This document shows positions 47,510 to 57,937 of a stretch of DNA of 64,000 bases, piece after piece. The position numbers and the translations under genes were made by a program. Source of the DNA: an uncultured bacterium (GTDB lineage Bacteria > Patescibacteriota > Minisyncoccia > Phycocordibacterales > Zambryskibacteraceae); the NCBI GenBank assembly GCA_963789635.1, contig CAWBLF010000003.1, forward strand, positions 67,388-131,387, given 5' to 3'. The notes under the pieces are model-generated. The model saw nothing but the letters and a program-made list of their open reading frames with translations, was not told the DNA's origin and did not search any database. Numbering within the stretch: position 1 is the first letter of the stretch; every line of letters starts with the position of its first letter.

Positions 47510-48361
47510 ATGTCATCTAAATTGAACAAAATAAAAAAAATAAGTTTTTATTACCGAGAGAATAACGAAGAGGCAAGAGAGTGGCGGACAAAAATTGAAT
47601 CTTGGCTGAAAGATAATCAGACACAAGTCGAGGTAGTGGAAAAATCACCAGATACCGTAATCGTCCTTGGTGGAGATGGGACCATAATGGAAGCTTCAAG
47701 AAAATTTGCAAATGAAGACATTGTTATTTTTGGTATAAATTTGGGTCAGCTTGGATTTTTGTCATCAGTCAATAATCCGGAGGATTTTTCGATGATGCTC
47801 GGCAAGTTTTTTAACGGGGAATACACAGAAAATCCAGGAATGATTGTCCAAGCCAGAGTGATCAGGGACAAAAAGGAGATTTATGTTACAGACGCGTTCA
47901 ATGAAATTGTGGTTCAAAATCCTTTGGGTATCGTTGAAATAAATGTGGTGGTAAGAGACGAGGTGGTGGAGTCGATACAAGGCAGTGGTATTTTGGTGGC
48001 AACCCCGCTCGGTTCAACTGCATACAATCTTTCCGCGCACGGTCCGGTCGTGGCGCCCGGCATCGACTGCATTGTGGTGACGGAACTGTTTGACCACGAT
48101 ATCCCTACACCAAGCTTGGTGTTGTCTTCCGGAGAAACCATAAAATTAATTATTGAAAAATTTCGTGAACATAAACTTTTAAAAATCGGAGTTACAGGCG
48201 AACCCCTAGACGTATTACTGATAGCGGATGGCAGGTCTCCGTTTGTGTTGAAACAAAAAGACGAAATACGCATAGCCAGAGCGGACAGCAAGTTTAAATT
48301 GGTGTCTTTTGAACCAAATCAATTTTTCAAAAACTTTCGTTCAAGATTTGATTTCAAATAA
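47510..48361 (+). CDS. nadK: NAD kinase
   Basis: LGGDGT, GIN.G.LGFL, FNE, ATPLGSTAYNLSA.GP. Confidence 0.93.
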   Translation: MSSKLNKIKKISFYYRENNEEAREWRTKIESWLKDNQTQVEVVEKSPDTVIVLGGDGTIMEASRKFANEDIVIFGINLGQLGFLSSVNNPEDFSMMLGKFFNGEYTENPGMIVQARVIRDKKEIYVTDAFNEIVVQNPLGIVEINVVVRDEVVESIQGSGILVATPLGSTAYNLSAHGPVVAPGIDCIVVTELFDHDIPTPSLVLSSGETIKLIIEKFREHKLLKIGVTGEPLDVLLIADGRSPFVLKQKDEIRIARADSKFKLVSFEPNQFFKNFRSRFDFK

Positions 48362-48381
48362 ATTTCGATGCTTGTGATAAA

Positions 48382-49794
48382 ATGGTATTTATGGATGATA
48401 CTGATGGTTCCAAAACATCGTTTAAGGAAATAGTTTTCGATCTTATGATTAGGAACGTGCCGTCTTTTGCCAACAAGATTTATTATTCACTTGGTTTTCT
48501 TTCGATGACAAGTCTGATGATGCTTGTCATTTCCGGAATAGTGTTGGTCTTCAATGGACCAAATTGGTGGCTGACCACGCCTATCGGGCTGTATGTGAGA
48601 AGCGTGCACCTTTGGGCGGCTCAGGCGTTTATTTTTTTCATACTTCTGCATTTGTTGATCGTTTTTTTGACCTCAGGCTATAAAAAACCCAGACGTCTGA
48701 CTTGGGTGCTTGGTGCCTTGATGTTATTTTTTGCAATTGCCGAAGCGGAATTCGGATACGGATTGAGAGGAGATTTTTCTTCGCAGTGGAGGGTGTTGCA
48801 GGCGGCGGACTTATACAACGGTAGCGGACTCGGACTTTTTATCAATAATTTGAATTACGCGCAGATTTACGGCATTCATATTGTCGCCATTCCGCTCGTC
48901 ATTATTGTTCTTTTATTTTTTCATTATTTGTTGGTCAAGGTTCGTGGAATTGCAAAGCCGTTCAAGCCGGAAGTGAAATACGAGGTGGTGCGGGCTAATC
49001 ACACGGTTTTGTTTGCCCGCGGGGCGACGCTTGTAGCCGTAATAATGTTGCTAGCGGTTGTTTTCAAATCACCGTTTATAATTCCCACGACAATACAAAG
49101 TGTCGCCCAAGATGATCCATCACTCGTGGCCAAGACGCTTGTTTCCGAAATCACCGGAACTTCGGACACGGCAACTTATTCGGACAACATTGACCCGTAT
49201 ACTTTTGATACCAAGATGGTCTATGTGACGACACCATTTTCTCAATATACGCAAAGCGGGAATTTGCCGGATAGTCTGGCTATTTTTGACGGTCAACAAT
49301 CGGGTTTGCAACAGATGGAACTGTCGCAAGCAAATGATTATTTTGATGGCGGGGGCGTATTGAATCAGAATTCTGACAACCCAGTCATTGCCACAGTGAG
49401 CGTTTTGACCAAAATGGCACAGAGCGGACTTTATGAGTCTGCGTTGAGTAGTGAAAGCGCCGGCAATGACAAAACTTACGTCACTAGGTTTCTACAGGAT
49501 ACCGGGATTATGGATGTCAAAGCCCTGCAATTGAAAATGACGACCGAACAATATGGCATGATTCGTGAGGAGAGCGGGATTTTGCCTCCCGGTGCTTGGT
49601 GGTTGATGCCTATTGGTGTGTTGGACCACACCATACTGGCCAACGATGAAAATCAGGACAGGGATGGAGCGGAAATTCTTGGGTTGGGTCTCTTGCTTTT
49701 GATTGCTTTCCCGTATATTCCGTATTTGAATCGTCTGCCGGAGAAACTTGGCCTGGATGTCTTTATATGGAGAGATAAAAAAGCAAAAGATTAG
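48382..49794 (+). CDS. Cytochrome b (PetB/QcrB-like) N-terminal domain protein with extracellular C-terminal extension
   Basis: RSVHLWAA...LLH and YGIH...FFH (four heme His), TWVLG, FGY.L. Confidence 0.8.
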   Translation: MVFMDDTDGSKTSFKEIVFDLMIRNVPSFANKIYYSLGFLSMTSLMMLVISGIVLVFNGPNWWLTTPIGLYVRSVHLWAAQAFIFFILLHLLIVFLTSGYKKPRRLTWVLGALMLFFAIAEAEFGYGLRGDFSSQWRVLQAADLYNGSGLGLFINNLNYAQIYGIHIVAIPLVIIVLLFFHYLLVKVRGIAKPFKPEVKYEVVRANHTVLFARGATLVAVIMLLAVVFKSPFIIPTTIQSVAQDDPSLVAKTLVSEITGTSDTATYSDNIDPYTFDTKMVYVTTPFSQYTQSGNLPDSLAIFDGQQSGLQQMELSQANDYFDGGGVLNQNSDNPVIATVSVLTKMAQSGLYESALSSESAGNDKTYVTRFLQDTGIMDVKALQLKMTTEQYGMIREESGILPPGAWWLMPIGVLDHTILANDENQDRDGAEILGLGLLLLIAFPYIPYLNRLPEKLGLDVFIWRDKKAKD

Positions 49795-49816
49795 ACTTTC
49801 AATAACAAATTTTAAC

Positions 49817-50236
49817 ATGGCAATTCCTTGGTTTAGCACCTTAACACTTTTTACCGAAATATTGGTCACAGCAAGCATTCTTTACAGTTTTTATTCTGCA
49901 ATGAAAAAGAATCGTTTTCCTTACATTCTTGTATCCATTACGCTTGCTTATGAAATTTTGTTCAACATAAGTTATATGGCCTCACGCGCTGTTTCAGGCG
50001 AAAATCCGAGCAAGCTTGAGTCACCACTTATTATTGGCTTGGCTATTTTCCATGGGATTTTTTCCTTGGTGATGTTTGTTTCGCTTCTCGTTTTCATGGT
50101 TTTGGCTTGGCGGAATTATAAGAAAGGAATTAATTTTTTCTCCAATCACAAAAAAATTTCTTATAGTTTTATTTTTCTTTGGCTGATTGCCGTTTTTTCC
50201 GGTATTTTCTTTTATTTTTTAACCTACTTTTCATAA
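49817..50236 (+). CDS. DUF420-like four-TM membrane protein
   Basis: Four hydrophobic helices, IFHG...H.K...LW...SG..Y pattern. Confidence 0.55.
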   Translation: MAIPWFSTLTLFTEILVTASILYSFYSAMKKNRFPYILVSITLAYEILFNISYMASRAVSGENPSKLESPLIIGLAIFHGIFSLVMFVSLLVFMVLAWRNYKKGINFFSNHKKISYSFIFLWLIAVFSGIFFYFLTYFS

Positions 50237-50255
50237 AATGCTTAATACTTAATAT

Positions 50256-50435
50256 ATGAAATATCTCAAAAACGTAGCCATAGCAGGGAATATACTTTTC
50301 ATTCTTTGGATTATTTACAACGGTATTGATGAAGGTTTTAGAGCGGTCGGTCGGGTGGAAGCTTTTTCTTTGACTGGTCTATTGTGTCTTTTGGTTCTAA
50401 ATATTTTTCTTTTATTTAGAAAAAATAGTGTATAG
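50256..50435 (+). CDS. Small two-TM membrane protein (59 aa); not in the ORF track
   Basis: MKYLKNVAIAGNILFILWIIYNGIDEGF...LLVLNIFLL. Confidence 0.6.
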   Translation: MKYLKNVAIAGNILFILWIIYNGIDEGFRAVGRVEAFSLTGLLCLLVLNIFLLFRKNSV

Positions 50436-50443
50436 TAGAGTTC

Positions 50444-50557
50444 ATGGCAAAAAGATTCGCAGTAAATACCAAGAACAAAACTTCGCGTTCCAAGAAAACT
50501 AAAAAACGTTTGGCTTTGAAGAATGCCAAGATTCAAGCGAAACGCAAGAGGTTTTAG
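50444..50557 (+). CDS. Very basic 37-aa protein; not in the ORF track
   Basis: MAKRFAVNTKNKTSRSKKTKKRLALKNAKIQAKRKRF. Confidence 0.55.
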   Translation: MAKRFAVNTKNKTSRSKKTKKRLALKNAKIQAKRKRF

Positions 50558-50602
50558 TTTTATATCAAAAAACTTTTTGGGTTTTTGATATAATGCAGTT
50601 AT

Positions 50603-50998
50603 ATGAAAAAACTTTTAATAACACTATTTGTTCTAGTGGCGATTTTATTAATCATCGGGTTTTTGCCGGCCGGTCCCTCGTCGCAAACACAATTGAATGC
50701 GCCGACGACAAACATCGTCCAATATACCTGTGATGGTGGAAAGGTGATTTTGGCCCGATATTACGAGGGGACAACGACACCACCGTCGGCTCCGGGAGAA
50801 CCACCGATTCCTAGCGGAAGTGTGTCGTTGACGCTTGATGATGGCAGTAGCATGACATTACCACGGACAATATCTGCGGATGGTCTCAGGTATGCAAACA
50901 GCGACGAGTCTTTTGTCTTCTGGAGCAAAGGACAAGACGCTTTAGTGCTTGAAAATGGCGCTCCCAAAAACTACACCAACTGCGTAGCCAATCAGTAA
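50603..50998 (+). CDS. MliC-family (lysozyme inhibitor-like) protein
   Basis: YTCDGG, LP.TISADG.RYA....VFWSKG, terminal C. Confidence 0.8.
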   Translation: MKKLLITLFVLVAILLIIGFLPAGPSSQTQLNAPTTNIVQYTCDGGKVILARYYEGTTTPPSAPGEPPIPSGSVSLTLDDGSSMTLPRTISADGLRYANSDESFVFWSKGQDALVLENGAPKNYTNCVANQ

Positions 50999-51117
50999 AC
51001 AAATTACCATCTGGTAGTTTGTTCAGCTTCTCCATGGTAATTTCGTAAAGCACCGTAATTCAAACTTAATTCGTATATAATGTAATTGTCCTTTTATAAG
51101 CACAATTCTCATTTTGT

Positions 51118-52554
51118 ATGAAAAGAATATATATTGCTCCTTTAGTGGTACTGTTTTTCGCGGTTTTTTTGATGCCCATTCATTTTGTTTCAGCTTTTAC
51201 TTTGGGCCAGAATCTTATTACTGTTCAACAAGGGCAGACAGTATATGTGAGCATCTCCGCCAGTAGTGGAGTTTCTATAAACAATTCCAGTTCAGCTGTC
51301 GCCACGGTTTCTCTTTCAGGTAATCAAATCAGTATTACCGGTGTTTCTGGCGGTCAAACATTGGCGACCATTTGTGTTTCCGGAGATAGTTGCCAGACTC
51401 TTACTATCACGGTTCCGGCTGTTTCCGCGTTTACTCTGAGCCAAAACGCCATAACGGTGCAGACAGGGCAGACGGTGTATGTCAGCAGTTCTGTAAGTAG
51501 TGGCGTGTCAATCAGTAATTCAAATTCTTCCGTCGCCACCGCTTCTTTTTCCGGAAACCAAATCAGTGTTACCGGAGTAGCCAGTGGTCAGACCACCATC
51601 ACTCTTTGTGTCGCCGGACAAAATTGCCAAGCACTTACCGTTACTGTCCCTGCAGTCGTTACTACCACGACCACTGTGACGACGCCTCCCACTTTTAGCT
51701 CCAGCAATACTCTTTCAATGCAAGCCGGGGCAAACCAGGTTGTGACTATTTCGGGCGCCGGAGGATTCACACTTTCCAACAACTCCAATCCTTCTGTGGT
51801 TGGCGCCAGTGTCGTGGGGAACAATATTTATGTAATGGCCAATAGCCAGGGGGGAGACAATCTGACAATCTGTGACCAATCAAACCAATGCAGTGTGCTT
51901 TATGTCTCAGTCAGTGGTACGGTTGCCCAAACAAGTGTTCCCATAACCCTCGTGTCGTTTACGGTTGCCTCAAACAACAATCAAGGAAGCTTTCTCCATA
52001 TCGGTAGCAATATTCAATTTAGTTTTAATACCAATATTCCTGTGACCAATGCCACAGTTGTCGTGGGCAACGCCCATATTGACGCGGTAGGGAGTGGGTC
52101 CGGTCCGTATACGGCCAGTTACACTATGGGTGGATATGAATCGATTCCAATTCCGGTGACAATTACTGTGAGTGACGCAAATAATAACTCCGGACAATTT
52201 TCTTTCAGTCTTGGCGCAGGTGTGCCAGCGACGACTGCACCTCCGGCGCCGGTTGTTGTTTCTACTCCGGTAAATACGACCACGACGACGTCTGACACCG
52301 CAACATCCTCCGTGACGACACCTTCAATTATGCTGTATAAATTCAAAAATTATTTGTATGAAGGAATGACAAGCACCGACGTTCTTGCTTTGCAGGAACG
52401 CCTGAAATTAGAGGGCGTTTTCAGAGGACCTTCGACTGGCTTTTTTGGCCCATTGACCGTAGCTGCGGTCAAAGTGTATCAGGCCAAACATGGTTTGGAT
52501 CAGCTTGGAGTTGTAGGCCCGGCCACCAGATCCTCATTAAATAATGGTAATTAG
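51118..52554 (+). CDS. Secreted repeat protein with C-terminal peptidoglycan-binding domain
   Basis: Signal peptide, repeated Ig-like units, DVLALQERL...TGFFGPLT.AAV..YQ..HG...GVVGPATR. Confidence 0.8.
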   Translation: MKRIYIAPLVVLFFAVFLMPIHFVSAFTLGQNLITVQQGQTVYVSISASSGVSINNSSSAVATVSLSGNQISITGVSGGQTLATICVSGDSCQTLTITVPAVSAFTLSQNAITVQTGQTVYVSSSVSSGVSISNSNSSVATASFSGNQISVTGVASGQTTITLCVAGQNCQALTVTVPAVVTTTTTVTTPPTFSSSNTLSMQAGANQVVTISGAGGFTLSNNSNPSVVGASVVGNNIYVMANSQGGDNLTICDQSNQCSVLYVSVSGTVAQTSVPITLVSFTVASNNNQGSFLHIGSNIQFSFNTNIPVTNATVVVGNAHIDAVGSGSGPYTASYTMGGYESIPIPVTITVSDANNNSGQFSFSLGAGVPATTAPPAPVVVSTPVNTTTTTSDTATSSVTTPSIMLYKFKNYLYEGMTSTDVLALQERLKLEGVFRGPSTGFFGPLTVAAVKVYQAKHGLDQLGVVGPATRSSLNNGN

Positions 52555-52678
52555 CCATATTTATTGGTTTGAATGACTGATTTTTTAATTTCAGCTATTC
52601 AAGAGTGGTCTTGATATGCCAAGGACGGGGTATATAATTAACAGCTGTGCTCGTTTACCATTAATTAATTTCCAATAT

Positions 52679-52987
52679 ATGTCATCAAAAAAGTGGGTTA
52701 TTATTGTTGTCGTTATCGTTCTCATTCTTATAGGCTGGTGGTTCTTTAGCAGTCAGGGTTCAAGTAGTACTACCGTTCCGGCCACGACGCAGCCTGCCGT
52801 GACACAAACACAAACGGGTCAAGCCAACTCGCCTTCTGCTCAAAATACTTCCAACAACGGTGTTTCTAGCACGGATACTTCCAATGCTGCGCTTACCCAA
52901 GATATGAGCGCAGTTGATTCACAGATGAGCGGTCTCAGTGCCGATACAGCGAATGCCGATGCCGGTTTGAGTCAGCCAAATCAGTAA
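52679..52987 (+). CDS. Small membrane-anchored Ser/Thr/Gln-rich protein
   Basis: N-terminal TM helix, low-complexity tail. Confidence 0.65.
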   Translation: MSSKKWVIIVVVIVLILIGWWFFSSQGSSSTTVPATTQPAVTQTQTGQANSPSAQNTSNNGVSSTDTSNAALTQDMSAVDSQMSGLSADTANADAGLSQPNQ

Positions 52988-53041
52988 ACCAAAAACTTGG
53001 ATTTCAACCCCCTTATAACTAAAACTTACAAATATACACAT

Positions 53042-53833
53042 ATGACTTATAAAAAAATTACCGCTTCAATCGTTTCGTTTTTGATTTCTCTGATGGCTTT
53101 TTCCGGTTTGGCAGTTGTGCCAGCTTTTGCCGCCACTACGAGCACAAACGTGACCGCAAACACCGCCACCCGTGAGCAAAAAATTATTACCCGTAGTGAT
53201 ACTGAAATTGCCAAACGTATCACCACACTTAACAATATTTCCGAGCGTATTTCTGGGATGAAAAATTTATCGGATGCCGAAAAAACAAGTATTAACAATG
53301 AAATCAATGCAAACATTACCGGGCTGACAGCTCTAAAGGCAAAGATAGACGGCGAGACAGATTTGACGACGTTGCTGGCCGATGAAAAATCCATCATCAC
53401 CACGTTTCGCATTTATGTTCTCATCGTTCCGCAAGGATACATTGCCGCTGCTTCTGACCGCATAACAACAGTTTCATCAATGCTTTCTACGGTGGCAAGT
53501 AAATTGCAAACCAGAATTACCGAGGCCCAAAGCGCAGGTAAAAACGTGGCTACACTTGTGACTACACTTGCAGACCTAAATGCCAAATTGGCTGACGCAA
53601 ACACACAGGCAGCCAAAGCTCAAAGCAGAGTTGTCTCTTTGGTACCGGATCAGGGCAACACCACTGTAGCCGCATCAAACCACGCCGCACTAGTGGCAGC
53701 ACGAGCCGATATTAAGGTTGCTACGGCCGATCTCAAGGCAGCACGACAGGATGCCGGCACGATAATCAAGGCTATCATTGCGTTCCATATTGAAAACACC
53801 CCCGCCACCACCACCCCGACAATCACTCAATAG
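53042..53833 (+). CDS. Secreted helical/coiled-coil protein
   Basis: Signal peptide (VPAFA), EI.KRI..L, RIY.L..P. Confidence 0.7.
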   Translation: MTYKKITASIVSFLISLMAFSGLAVVPAFAATTSTNVTANTATREQKIITRSDTEIAKRITTLNNISERISGMKNLSDAEKTSINNEINANITGLTALKAKIDGETDLTTLLADEKSIITTFRIYVLIVPQGYIAAASDRITTVSSMLSTVASKLQTRITEAQSAGKNVATLVTTLADLNAKLADANTQAAKAQSRVVSLVPDQGNTTVAASNHAALVAARADIKVATADLKAARQDAGTIIKAIIAFHIENTPATTTPTITQ

Positions 53834-53910
53834 TTTTGACGCACGTTTGGTTTAGTACAACAAAAAATGAGCACTCGTATGCTCATTTTTTGTTGTATAA
53901 TGTATAAAGC

Positions 53911-54555
53911 ATGTCCACTAAATTTTCCACACCGCTTCTTGTTTTTATCATTCTCATTTCAATCGGGACCGGTATTTATTTTTATCCGGTGCTTCCCGCA
54001 CGCATCGCTTCACATTGGGATTCCAGCGGTCAGGTCACCGGTTTTATGGACAAAGGCGTGGGAGTATTTTTGATTCCGCTCATTGAAGCCTTGGTGTTTA
54101 TTTTTTATCTCATCATTCCATATATTGACCCGCACAAACAAAACTTTTGGTTGTTTAGAAAAGAATACAATGCCTTTTTTATTTTGATTGGTTTGTTTCT
54201 TTTTGGCATTGAGCTAATGACGCTTTTGTGGAACAGCGGGGTGTATTTTAATATGATTGAAATCGTTTTGCCTATGACAGGGATTCTTTTTTTCTATATC
54301 GGCACATTGTTGCACTACACCAAACCAAACTGGTTTGTGGGGATAAGAACACCGTGGACATTGAGTAATCCTATCGTTTGGGACAAGACACACGCTCTTG
54401 GAGGAAATTTATTCAAGATTTCGGGTATTTTTGCCTGTATAGGCATGCTTGTTCCAAATTATGGAGTGTGGTTTGTTTTGGTGCCGGCAATTGGGGTGAG
54501 TTTGTTTTTGGTTGTATATTCGTACATTATCTATCAAAGAATAGTGCCAAGTTAA
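53911..54555 (+). CDS. SdpI-family (DUF1648) membrane protein
   Basis: LP.RIASHW..SG, PNWFVGIRTPWTLS...W.KTH..GG. Confidence 0.9.
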   Translation: MSTKFSTPLLVFIILISIGTGIYFYPVLPARIASHWDSSGQVTGFMDKGVGVFLIPLIEALVFIFYLIIPYIDPHKQNFWLFRKEYNAFFILIGLFLFGIELMTLLWNSGVYFNMIEIVLPMTGILFFYIGTLLHYTKPNWFVGIRTPWTLSNPIVWDKTHALGGNLFKISGIFACIGMLVPNYGVWFVLVPAIGVSLFLVVYSYIIYQRIVPS

Positions 54556-54624
54556 CTTTGGTAAACGGAGCAACGATTCATGGTGATGCATTTCAAAAAT
54601 ATTATGCCATATTAAAATAATCTT

Positions 54625-55029
54625 ATGCCGGAACACAATACTAATACAAAGAAAAAAGTGATTATCTCAGGGGTGATTGTCCTACTCGTCATTTTCGGAC
54701 TTTTCTTTTTTGCCCGTTATAACAACAATCAAATTTATACTTCTACGGAGCAAACCACCTCTACCCCTACGGTAGCTTCGGAAATGGCTCGAAGCACCAC
54801 TTACACGTGTGGCGATAATTTTTCTGTTGGCGCAGTTTATAGTGATAATCAAGTGGTGCTTACATTGAGTGATGGTCGAACAATGACTCTTTTACAAACT
54901 CCGGTTTCTAGCGGAGTAGAATTTACAAATGGCGATGGCAGTTTCATTTTCTTGACCAAAGGGCCGAGTGCCACTATTACTGAGGGAGGAATAGTTACTC
55001 ACAACGACTGTATCGAACCAAAAGGTTAA
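54625..55029 (+). CDS. MliC-family protein
   Basis: YTCGD, LTLSDGR..TL.Q...SSG..F.NGD..F..KG, terminal C; paralog of 50603. Confidence 0.7.
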   Translation: MPEHNTNTKKKVIISGVIVLLVIFGLFFFARYNNNQIYTSTEQTTSTPTVASEMARSTTYTCGDNFSVGAVYSDNQVVLTLSDGRTMTLLQTPVSSGVEFTNGDGSFIFLTKGPSATITEGGIVTHNDCIEPKG

Positions 55030-55080
55030 TTTTTGATACAATTAGAAATATTTATTAAGTATAAAGACTAATCTCATTAG

Positions 55081-55242
55081 ATGAAATCATTTATTTGGCT
55101 TGGATTGTTTGTCGGTTCGACCATAGGAGGCATGGTGCCTATGCTTTGGGGAGGGAATGCTCTTTCCGTTTCCTCGGTCATTTTTGGCGCAGTGGGTGGA
55201 ATTTTGGGAATTTGGGCAGGGTATAGAATAGGTGAGCCATAG
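55081..55242 (+). CDS. Small Gly-rich membrane protein (53 aa); not in the ORF track
   Basis: MKSFIWLGLFVGSTIGGMVPMLWGG...GAVGGILGIWAGYRI. Confidence 0.65.
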   Translation: MKSFIWLGLFVGSTIGGMVPMLWGGNALSVSSVIFGAVGGILGIWAGYRIGEP

Positions 55243-55437
55243 TTTTGCTATTGGCAAATTAGAGCCAACAAAAAGGGTTTATTAAGCGAAATACCCAACA
55301 ATTTTTATGACCAAATTTCTTCTGGTATTTAACAGTTTTTGTGTTATTGTCCTAGGTAGGAGCCCTTATGTGGCTATTGCGCGTAGTGCGTTTTTCGATT
55401 GCCAAACCGGATAATTTTTGTTTAGGTTTTACATTTT

Positions 55438-56571
55438 ATGAAGTATTTATTGCCATTTTTCATTTTTGTTGTCCTGGTCATGCCGGTGGTCAGTCACGCG
55501 GCTGTTTTTAGTGCCAGTAACTCATACACCTTGAGACAAGGTGATGTTGTGAATGAAGATCTGTATGCCGCAGGAGTCAATGTGACTGCAGTCGGCAATG
55601 TCAAAGGAGATGCTTCTTTGGTCGGAGCGAATATTTTTGTCGGTGATTCAATTACCGATAATGCTTTTTTGATTGGCGGAACGGTAGACGTCATCGGTGA
55701 TATTGGAAAAAATCTTCGCATTATGTCCGGTAAAACTATTTTTCACGGCACAGTGGGGCATGATCTCGTTGTCGCTTCGGGAAATTTTCAAATATTGCCG
55801 CAGTCCACGATTACCGGTGATGTGGCCATGGCTGTAGCCAACGCCGTCATCGATGGCACGATAAAGGGTGACGTCAAAGGGGTCTTTGGTTCTCTGGTCA
55901 TAAACGGCACCGTTTTGGGTTCTGTCAAAGTAACAGCCGATTCAATTACCGTTGGTCCAAACGCCCACATTGTTGGTAATTTTGATTATTCTTCTTCACA
56001 ACCAGCAAATATAGATAAAATGGCGGCGATAAACGGACAAGTCACTTATACCAATGTGGATACCCGTTCACGTTTCGAAAGGTTGCTTCCAACCGTTTGG
56101 GGCACTTGGATTGTAATTAAATTTATCATTCTTCTCATCTCGGCTCTTGTCATTCAAGGAGTCTTTCGTTCTACCTCTCAAGTTTTTGTCCGCACAGCAA
56201 TAGAAGATTCGTTCTGGTCTTTTATCCGTGGTTTTGTCATTGTGGTGGCGACACCTCTTGCTTTGGCTGTGCTCTTTCTCACATTTGTCGGCATTCCTTT
56301 TGTAATTCTGGGTCTTTCTCTCTATACTTCGTTTTTAGTTTTGGCATACCTTTTTAGTCCGATTGTTCTTGGTGGCTTATTGACGAAACTTTTCTGGCGT
56401 AATCACAACCTGACAATTAACTGGAAAAGTATCGTGCTCGGCGTATGTGCTTTCATGATACTTTCGCCACTCGGTTGGTTTGGCACCGCTCTGCAAGCAA
56501 TACTTTTTCTTGTAACACTAGGGTCTCTTTACAAAGTTCTACTCGAACGTTTCGCCAGAGCTAGGGAATAG
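55438..56571 (+). CDS. Bactofilin-like beta-helix membrane protein
   Basis: Signal peptide, repeated (V/I).G.V.GD units, multi-TM C-terminus. Confidence 0.75.
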   Translation: MKYLLPFFIFVVLVMPVVSHAAVFSASNSYTLRQGDVVNEDLYAAGVNVTAVGNVKGDASLVGANIFVGDSITDNAFLIGGTVDVIGDIGKNLRIMSGKTIFHGTVGHDLVVASGNFQILPQSTITGDVAMAVANAVIDGTIKGDVKGVFGSLVINGTVLGSVKVTADSITVGPNAHIVGNFDYSSSQPANIDKMAAINGQVTYTNVDTRSRFERLLPTVWGTWIVIKFIILLISALVIQGVFRSTSQVFVRTAIEDSFWSFIRGFVIVVATPLALAVLFLTFVGIPFVILGLSLYTSFLVLAYLFSPIVLGGLLTKLFWRNHNLTINWKSIVLGVCAFMILSPLGWFGTALQAILFLVTLGSLYKVLLERFARARE

Positions 56572-56577
56572 GCGATA

Positions 56578-57723
56578 TTATTTGGTATCTTTCAGTTTGT
56601 AAGCAAAATATATTCCCAGCACGCAAAATAAGGCAAAAATCAGAAAAATCAGTCGAAACGGCATAAATAGGAGTGACACGGCCGCTATAATTGGAGCGAT
56701 AATGTATCCAAGTGGATGAGTGGCTCTGAATATGCTGATGAAATCCGCATCGGTTTCGTTGACATGTTTAAAAAAGTAACTTTCAGTTGTAGCTTCGACG
56801 AAACTTGCGCCTATTCTTGAAGCTACCAGTACCGCTGTCCACGCAAGAAATGTGGCTTGTGTCACAAAAGGGAAAAATAAAAGCGAACCAATTATAATCA
56901 AAAATCCAAACATCATCATTTCTTTCTCGCCGATCCATCTGTCGGCGATTATTCCCACCGGAATTTCTATGACCACGAAAGGTACAAGCATTATTGTGAA
57001 GATAATACCAAGAGTCGACCAAGGGAAACCAATATATTCATGAAGATATATGGGAGTGTAGATTATCATCCACGTGTAAAAAGTTTGCAGTACAATCGAA
57101 GCTCCGGTGATATAACGAATATCTCTTTTTTTCCATATCTCCTTGAGCGTATGAAATACGGCGGTGTGCGCCGGCGCTGTGACGACTTTTTTACCCAAAC
57201 CGCCGATGACCACAAGAATGAAAGGAATGATGGAAAGTGCCGACAAAATATAGACTGGTCGGTAATCATTGTTTGTCACGAAGAACGCGACAATCAAAGG
57301 ACAAACTACGAGCACGGCATTTGCTACGGTTATATACATTGTGCGCAACCTACCGGTCTGATTTTCACCCATGATTTCGCTTTCAAAAAAGACATCTAGA
57401 CCGAACCCGATAAGGGCGATAATTGTCTGATGAACCAAAAAAGCAAGGATGATGATGAGCGGGCTGTGGGCAAAAATAAAAGTAGTTATGGCAGAGGCTT
57501 CTAATATCGCTCCGATGAGAAGAAAACGGTATATACCGATTTTCTTGATTATTCCTGCCGATGGCAGAAACAGTAGTAGATTGATGATGGAGCCGGCTAC
57601 ATAAAGAATGGATAGACCAGTATTGTTGAAAAAACCAGAAAGAAACGATGAATTAATATAGATAATTAGATAATAGTGAAATGACAAAAACAAATTCGCC
57701 AAAAAAATTTCAAGAAGAATCAT
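56578..57723 (-). CDS. MFS transporter
   Basis: About 12 TM helices, G.IADR.IGEK motif. Confidence 0.85.
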   Translation of the reverse strand: MILLEIFLANLFLSFHYYLIIYINSSFLSGFFNNTGLSILYVAGSIINLLLFLPSAGIIKKIGIYRFLLIGAILEASAITTFIFAHSPLIIILAFLVHQTIIALIGFGLDVFFESEIMGENQTGRLRTMYITVANAVLVVCPLIVAFFVTNNDYRPVYILSALSIIPFILVVIGGLGKKVVTAPAHTAVFHTLKEIWKKRDIRYITGASIVLQTFYTWMIIYTPIYLHEYIGFPWSTLGIIFTIMLVPFVVIEIPVGIIADRWIGEKEMMMFGFLIIIGSLLFFPFVTQATFLAWTAVLVASRIGASFVEATTESYFFKHVNETDADFISIFRATHPLGYIIAPIIAAVSLLFMPFRLIFLIFALFCVLGIYFAYKLKDTK

Positions 57724-57937
57724 CCCGTTAGAAGCAGGTCGCGGGCAGCGTGACATGCGTAAGATTAAAATGGTAAATGTTCTGACCCTTTTTCATATAT
57801 TTGAAAGTAATAATTGAAACCGTGACCGTGGCTTCGTACGGGATCAGAAAAAAGTGTCCTTTTATTATAACGTATTTTTAGCGTATTCGGGGCTTAGTCT
57901 TTATGATTTGATTGAATTTTGGACTCGATTTGGTATC

